A DNA stretch of 64,000 nucleotides from an uncultured Methanolobus sp. (GTDB lineage: Archaea > Halobacteriota > Methanosarcinia > Methanosarcinales > Methanosarcinaceae): NCBI GenBank assembly GCA_963675495.1, contig OY776215.1, forward strand, positions 2,048,001 through 2,112,000. Reading direction: 5' to 3'. The notes under the pieces are model-generated. The model ran no database searches and was not told where the DNA came from. It saw only the letters and a list, made by a program, of their open reading frames with translations. The position numbers and the translations under genes were made by a program. This document shows, piece after piece, positions 60,863 through 64,000 of the stretch. The number at the start of each line of letters is the position of its first letter. The first letter of the stretch is position 1.

Positions 60863-60863
60863 T

Positions 60864-62660
60864 ATGGATTTCGACTTAAAAACACTTCCTGCATTGCCCG
60901 GCGTCTATCTTATGAAAGATAGTTCCGGTGATATCATATATGTTGGCAAGGCCAAGTCCCTGGATAAGAGGGTACGCCAGTATTTCCAGTCTAAGAGGAA
61001 TCTCTCTCCAAAAACAGTGACACTGGTCAGGCATATCGATGATATTGACTATATTGTTACTGATTCTGAGATAGACGCTCTCGTGCTTGAAGCAAATCTT
61101 ATCAAAAAGTACAGACCTCGTTATAATATAAGGTTGAAGGACGATAAACGCTATCCTTATGTCAAGGTTACTGTTAATTCTGCGTTTCCCCGCATATTCC
61201 TCACTCGAAAAAGGCTAATGGATGGGGCTCTCTATTTCGGTCCTTACACTAATGCAAAGGCTATCCGAACAACACTTGACCTGATCTCACGGATTTTCAT
61301 GCTTCGACGCTGCAGGAAGAAGATAGAGCCGGGAAAATCCCGTCCCTGCCTCAATTACCATATCAAACGTTGCATGGGTCCCTGTAGGGAAGGGCTAGAT
61401 AAGGAAGAATATCGCAAAAGGGTGATGGAGGCAGTTCGTTTTCTGAAAGGTGAGACGTCGGGGATCTTAAAGGAATTGGAAGCAAAGATGAGATCACTTG
61501 CTGAGGCACAGGATTATGAATCTGCTGCTGAGGTACGGGACCAGATCGAATCTGTAAAATATCTATCAGAGCAGCAGATTGCAACATCTGGGATTGACGA
61601 CCGTGATGTACTGGCTGCAGTATCTGACGGGAAAACGATATACATACAGGTTTTCTATGTGCGCCATGGTAGTATGGTCGGCAAGGCGGACTTCACACTT
61701 CTTGGTGCTGATGTATCCGAAAATATTGAAGAATCCATGGCTCAGTTTGTAAAGCAGTATTATCAGGACTCTCCAATTCCTCCGGAAATACTTGTTCAGT
61801 ATGAGCTTCCTGAGAAGGAACTCATAGTAAGGTGGCTTTGCCAGCGCTCCGGCAGGGATGTGAAGGTACATGTACCACAGAGGGGTGAAAAGAAAAAACT
61901 CATTGAAATGGCTGAAAGAAATGCTCATATGTCCATGAGGATGGCACAATTAAAGCCCGCACCTTCAGAATCAGCAATTACAGCACTTGAGGAATTGCAA
62001 AAGGTCTTGTCTTTGGATTCCCTGCCCCTGCACATCGAAGGCTTTGACATTTCAAATATATCAGGCACTAATGCGGTTGGTTCAATGGTCTATTTTGAAA
62101 ATGGCATACCTGCTAACAACAAGTACAGGCAGCATAATATCAAAACAGTGAAGGGTATCGACGATTTTGCCATGATGGCTGAGGTCGTGCACAGGAGATA
62201 CTCACGTTTGATCAAAAATAATGAACCAATGCCTGACTTAATTCTCATAGACGGAGGTCCGGGCCAGGTGAGTGCAGCCAAATCCTCTACTGATGCTCTT
62301 GGTCTTAATATACCCTTGATTGGTCTTGCAAAGAGATTCGAGCATATAATCACCACCAAAAAAGGTCCCGATGAAGTTATAATTCTCCCACACACGTCAT
62401 CTGCCTTAAAAATGCTGATGCATATTCGTGATGAGGCGCACAGGTTCGCAGTAAGTTCCCACAGGCGAAGGCGGTCTGCCAGTCTTACGCATTCGGAACT
62501 GGACTCCATTCCTGGTGTGGGGCCTTCCAGAAAGCGTGTTTTACTTGAGAACTTCGATTCCATTGATAAGATAAGGTCTGCTTCAGTGGGGGATCTGTCT
62601 GGTCTTGATGGTATAAGTGAGCAACTCGCAAAAAGGATACTTGAACATTTGGGGAAATAA
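60864..62660 (+). CDS. uvrC: Excinuclease ABC subunit C
   Basis: PGVYLM, YVGKAK, FGPY, EGFDISN, LILIDGG.GQ, RDEAHRFA, HhH. Confidence 0.97.
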   Translation: MDFDLKTLPALPGVYLMKDSSGDIIYVGKAKSLDKRVRQYFQSKRNLSPKTVTLVRHIDDIDYIVTDSEIDALVLEANLIKKYRPRYNIRLKDDKRYPYVKVTVNSAFPRIFLTRKRLMDGALYFGPYTNAKAIRTTLDLISRIFMLRRCRKKIEPGKSRPCLNYHIKRCMGPCREGLDKEEYRKRVMEAVRFLKGETSGILKELEAKMRSLAEAQDYESAAEVRDQIESVKYLSEQQIATSGIDDRDVLAAVSDGKTIYIQVFYVRHGSMVGKADFTLLGADVSENIEESMAQFVKQYYQDSPIPPEILVQYELPEKELIVRWLCQRSGRDVKVHVPQRGEKKKLIEMAERNAHMSMRMAQLKPAPSESAITALEELQKVLSLDSLPLHIEGFDISNISGTNAVGSMVYFENGIPANNKYRQHNIKTVKGIDDFAMMAEVVHRRYSRLIKNNEPMPDLILIDGGPGQVSAAKSSTDALGLNIPLIGLAKRFEHIITTKKGPDEVIILPHTSSALKMLMHIRDEAHRFAVSSHRRRRSASLTHSELDSIPGVGPSRKRVLLENFDSIDKIRSASVGDLSGLDGISEQLAKRILEHLGK

Positions 62661-62756
62661 GTAATCTAATTAATACTGTTGCGGCAAAAATAAATACTGT
62701 GCGTCAAATATACCTTAGTGGATTTATTTTTGGTAAAAATGGTAAAGTGTGATTAA

Positions 62757-63488
62757 ATGGGTAACGAGTTAGATTTTTATGGGAATATTCATCATCCTGA
62801 CATCAGGATGCTTCATGATATGGACGAGGTAGTGCATGATCAGGCATGGCTGCGCTCGCAGGACAACATTGAACTTTATTACATGTATCGTGACCTCTCA
62901 AAGAATGGGTCTGACCACAAAATAATAGAAGAAAACGGTCTCAGGTATGACATTACTATAATTCCTCCTGCAATGTTGGGTGATGAATACGTCAAGACTG
63001 CCGGTCATTATCATCCTGCGGTTCCGGGGCAGAATGTGTCATATGCTGAACTCTATCAGGTACTGGAAGGCGAGGCTACCTACCTTCTTCAGAAGGCAGA
63101 AGGTGACAGGATCGTCGATGTAATTGTTTGTGAGGCAAAGGCAGGGGATCTTGCTCTTGTTCCGCCGGGTTATGGTCATATAACCATCAATAATTCAGAC
63201 GATACGCTTAAAATGGCTAACTGGGTATGCCGTGATTTTGAATCTCTTTATGAGCCTATTAAGAAACTCTTCGGTGGGGCATACTATCTTCTGACCGGTG
63301 GGTTTGAAAAGAATCCGGATTACAGGGAAGTACCGGATATACGATTCATAAAACCAATGGATTATCCCGAAGCTGGTCTTTTCTGCGGCGAGGATATGTA
63401 TGATATCGTGAACGATATAGGTAAACTCGATTTCCTTGTTCATCCGCAGGACCATATGGAAATATTCGGGAAGATAACATCTCTTTGA
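62757..63488 (+). CDS. Cupin-type glucose-6-phosphate isomerase
   Basis: LRYDITII, KTAGHYH, ELYQV..G, VPPGYGH.TIN. Confidence 0.88.
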   Translation: MGNELDFYGNIHHPDIRMLHDMDEVVHDQAWLRSQDNIELYYMYRDLSKNGSDHKIIEENGLRYDITIIPPAMLGDEYVKTAGHYHPAVPGQNVSYAELYQVLEGEATYLLQKAEGDRIVDVIVCEAKAGDLALVPPGYGHITINNSDDTLKMANWVCRDFESLYEPIKKLFGGAYYLLTGGFEKNPDYREVPDIRFIKPMDYPEAGLFCGEDMYDIVNDIGKLDFLVHPQDHMEIFGKITSL

Positions 63489-63554
63489 ATAGTATCTTTT
63501 TACTATGAGAAACTATAAATGGTTGGCAGCTACTAAACGGTTAGAGGTATATCT

Positions 63555-64000
63555 TTGCAAAGGAATAACCAGATTCAATTCACGTCATCGAAAATAGAGG
63601 ATTTGATGTTCAGAACGACGTTCGATCCTAAAACAATGGAAGGAGACGTGATTGTAAATCTCTCTCTTGTAAACAAACAGGATTTTGATGATGTTCTCAA
63701 GATATTCACCATGGCCATCAATAGCGGGCTCTCTGTAAGTCCGTTGCTAAAGATCCTTCATGAGGGGGATTCGATTGGTGACCGTAAGATCGGTGAAGGC
63801 GAGGTTGGCTTTGCAACTGTGTGCAGTATCACTATTGATGGGCTCCTTTTAAAGGCTGGTGTAATGGTTAAACCACGTTTTGGCGGTCTTGTTGAAATTC
63901 GTGATGGTGACCCTATGCGTTTCACAAATGTCCTGACATATCAGAGTACTACAATAGATCCTCTTGAGGTTCTGATGTCACAGGAAATCACATCTGTCAT
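63555..64000 (+). CDS. NrpR regulatory-domain protein lacking the N-terminal HTH (NrpRII-like), partial
   Basis: Manual translation from TTG 63555: [17 protein letters not shown]...G.VIVNLSL...[16 protein letters not shown]...FGG...TIDPLEVL; runs off window. Confidence 0.88.
   Translation, partial: MQRNNQIQFTSSKIEDLMFRTTFDPKTMEGDVIVNLSLVNKQDFDDVLKIFTMAINSGLSVSPLLKILHEGDSIGDRKIGEGEVGFATVCSITIDGLLLKAGVMVKPRFGGLVEIRDGDPMRFTNVLTYQSTTIDPLEVLMSQEITSV

Overview
Chromosomal window from a methylotrophic methanogen of the Methanosarcinaceae (Methanolobus/Methanococcoides-like; inferred from cysteate synthase, ComD/E, methanogenesis marker 16, an NrpRII-like gene and a PGF-CTERM protein). Most of it is housekeeping: cysS (5' end) with an adjacent tRNA-Cys, trpDFEG, feoAB(X)C, cbiP plus cbiTLFG(N/C)HC, ccdA/thioredoxin, a riboflavin pyrimidine reductase, CBS/Usp proteins, several TPR proteins, a coenzyme M operon, tyrS, thg1, mdh, uvrC, cupin pgi and nrpRII (5' end). 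Three things stand out. (1) An AT-rich island of about 6.8 kb sits at the 3' end of tRNA-Gly(CCC), bounded by remnants of an SSV1-type split integrase. It carries a candidate defence/signalling system: a MORC-like GHKL ATPase fused through a long charged helix to a histidine kinase, a receiver-domain protein, a DUF2290-like putative effector, and a convergent PstI/BsuBI-type adenine methyltransferase with no recognisable cognate endonuclease. (2) The coenzyme M operon has an uncharacterised soluble ABC-ATPase / HypB-UreG-like GTPase / Fe-S protein trio inserted between cysteate synthase and comDE. (3) Several intergenic long hairpins with G-rich/C-rich Shine-Dalgarno-like loops may be a small-RNA family. 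All family calls come from motif recognition by eye; no searches were run.
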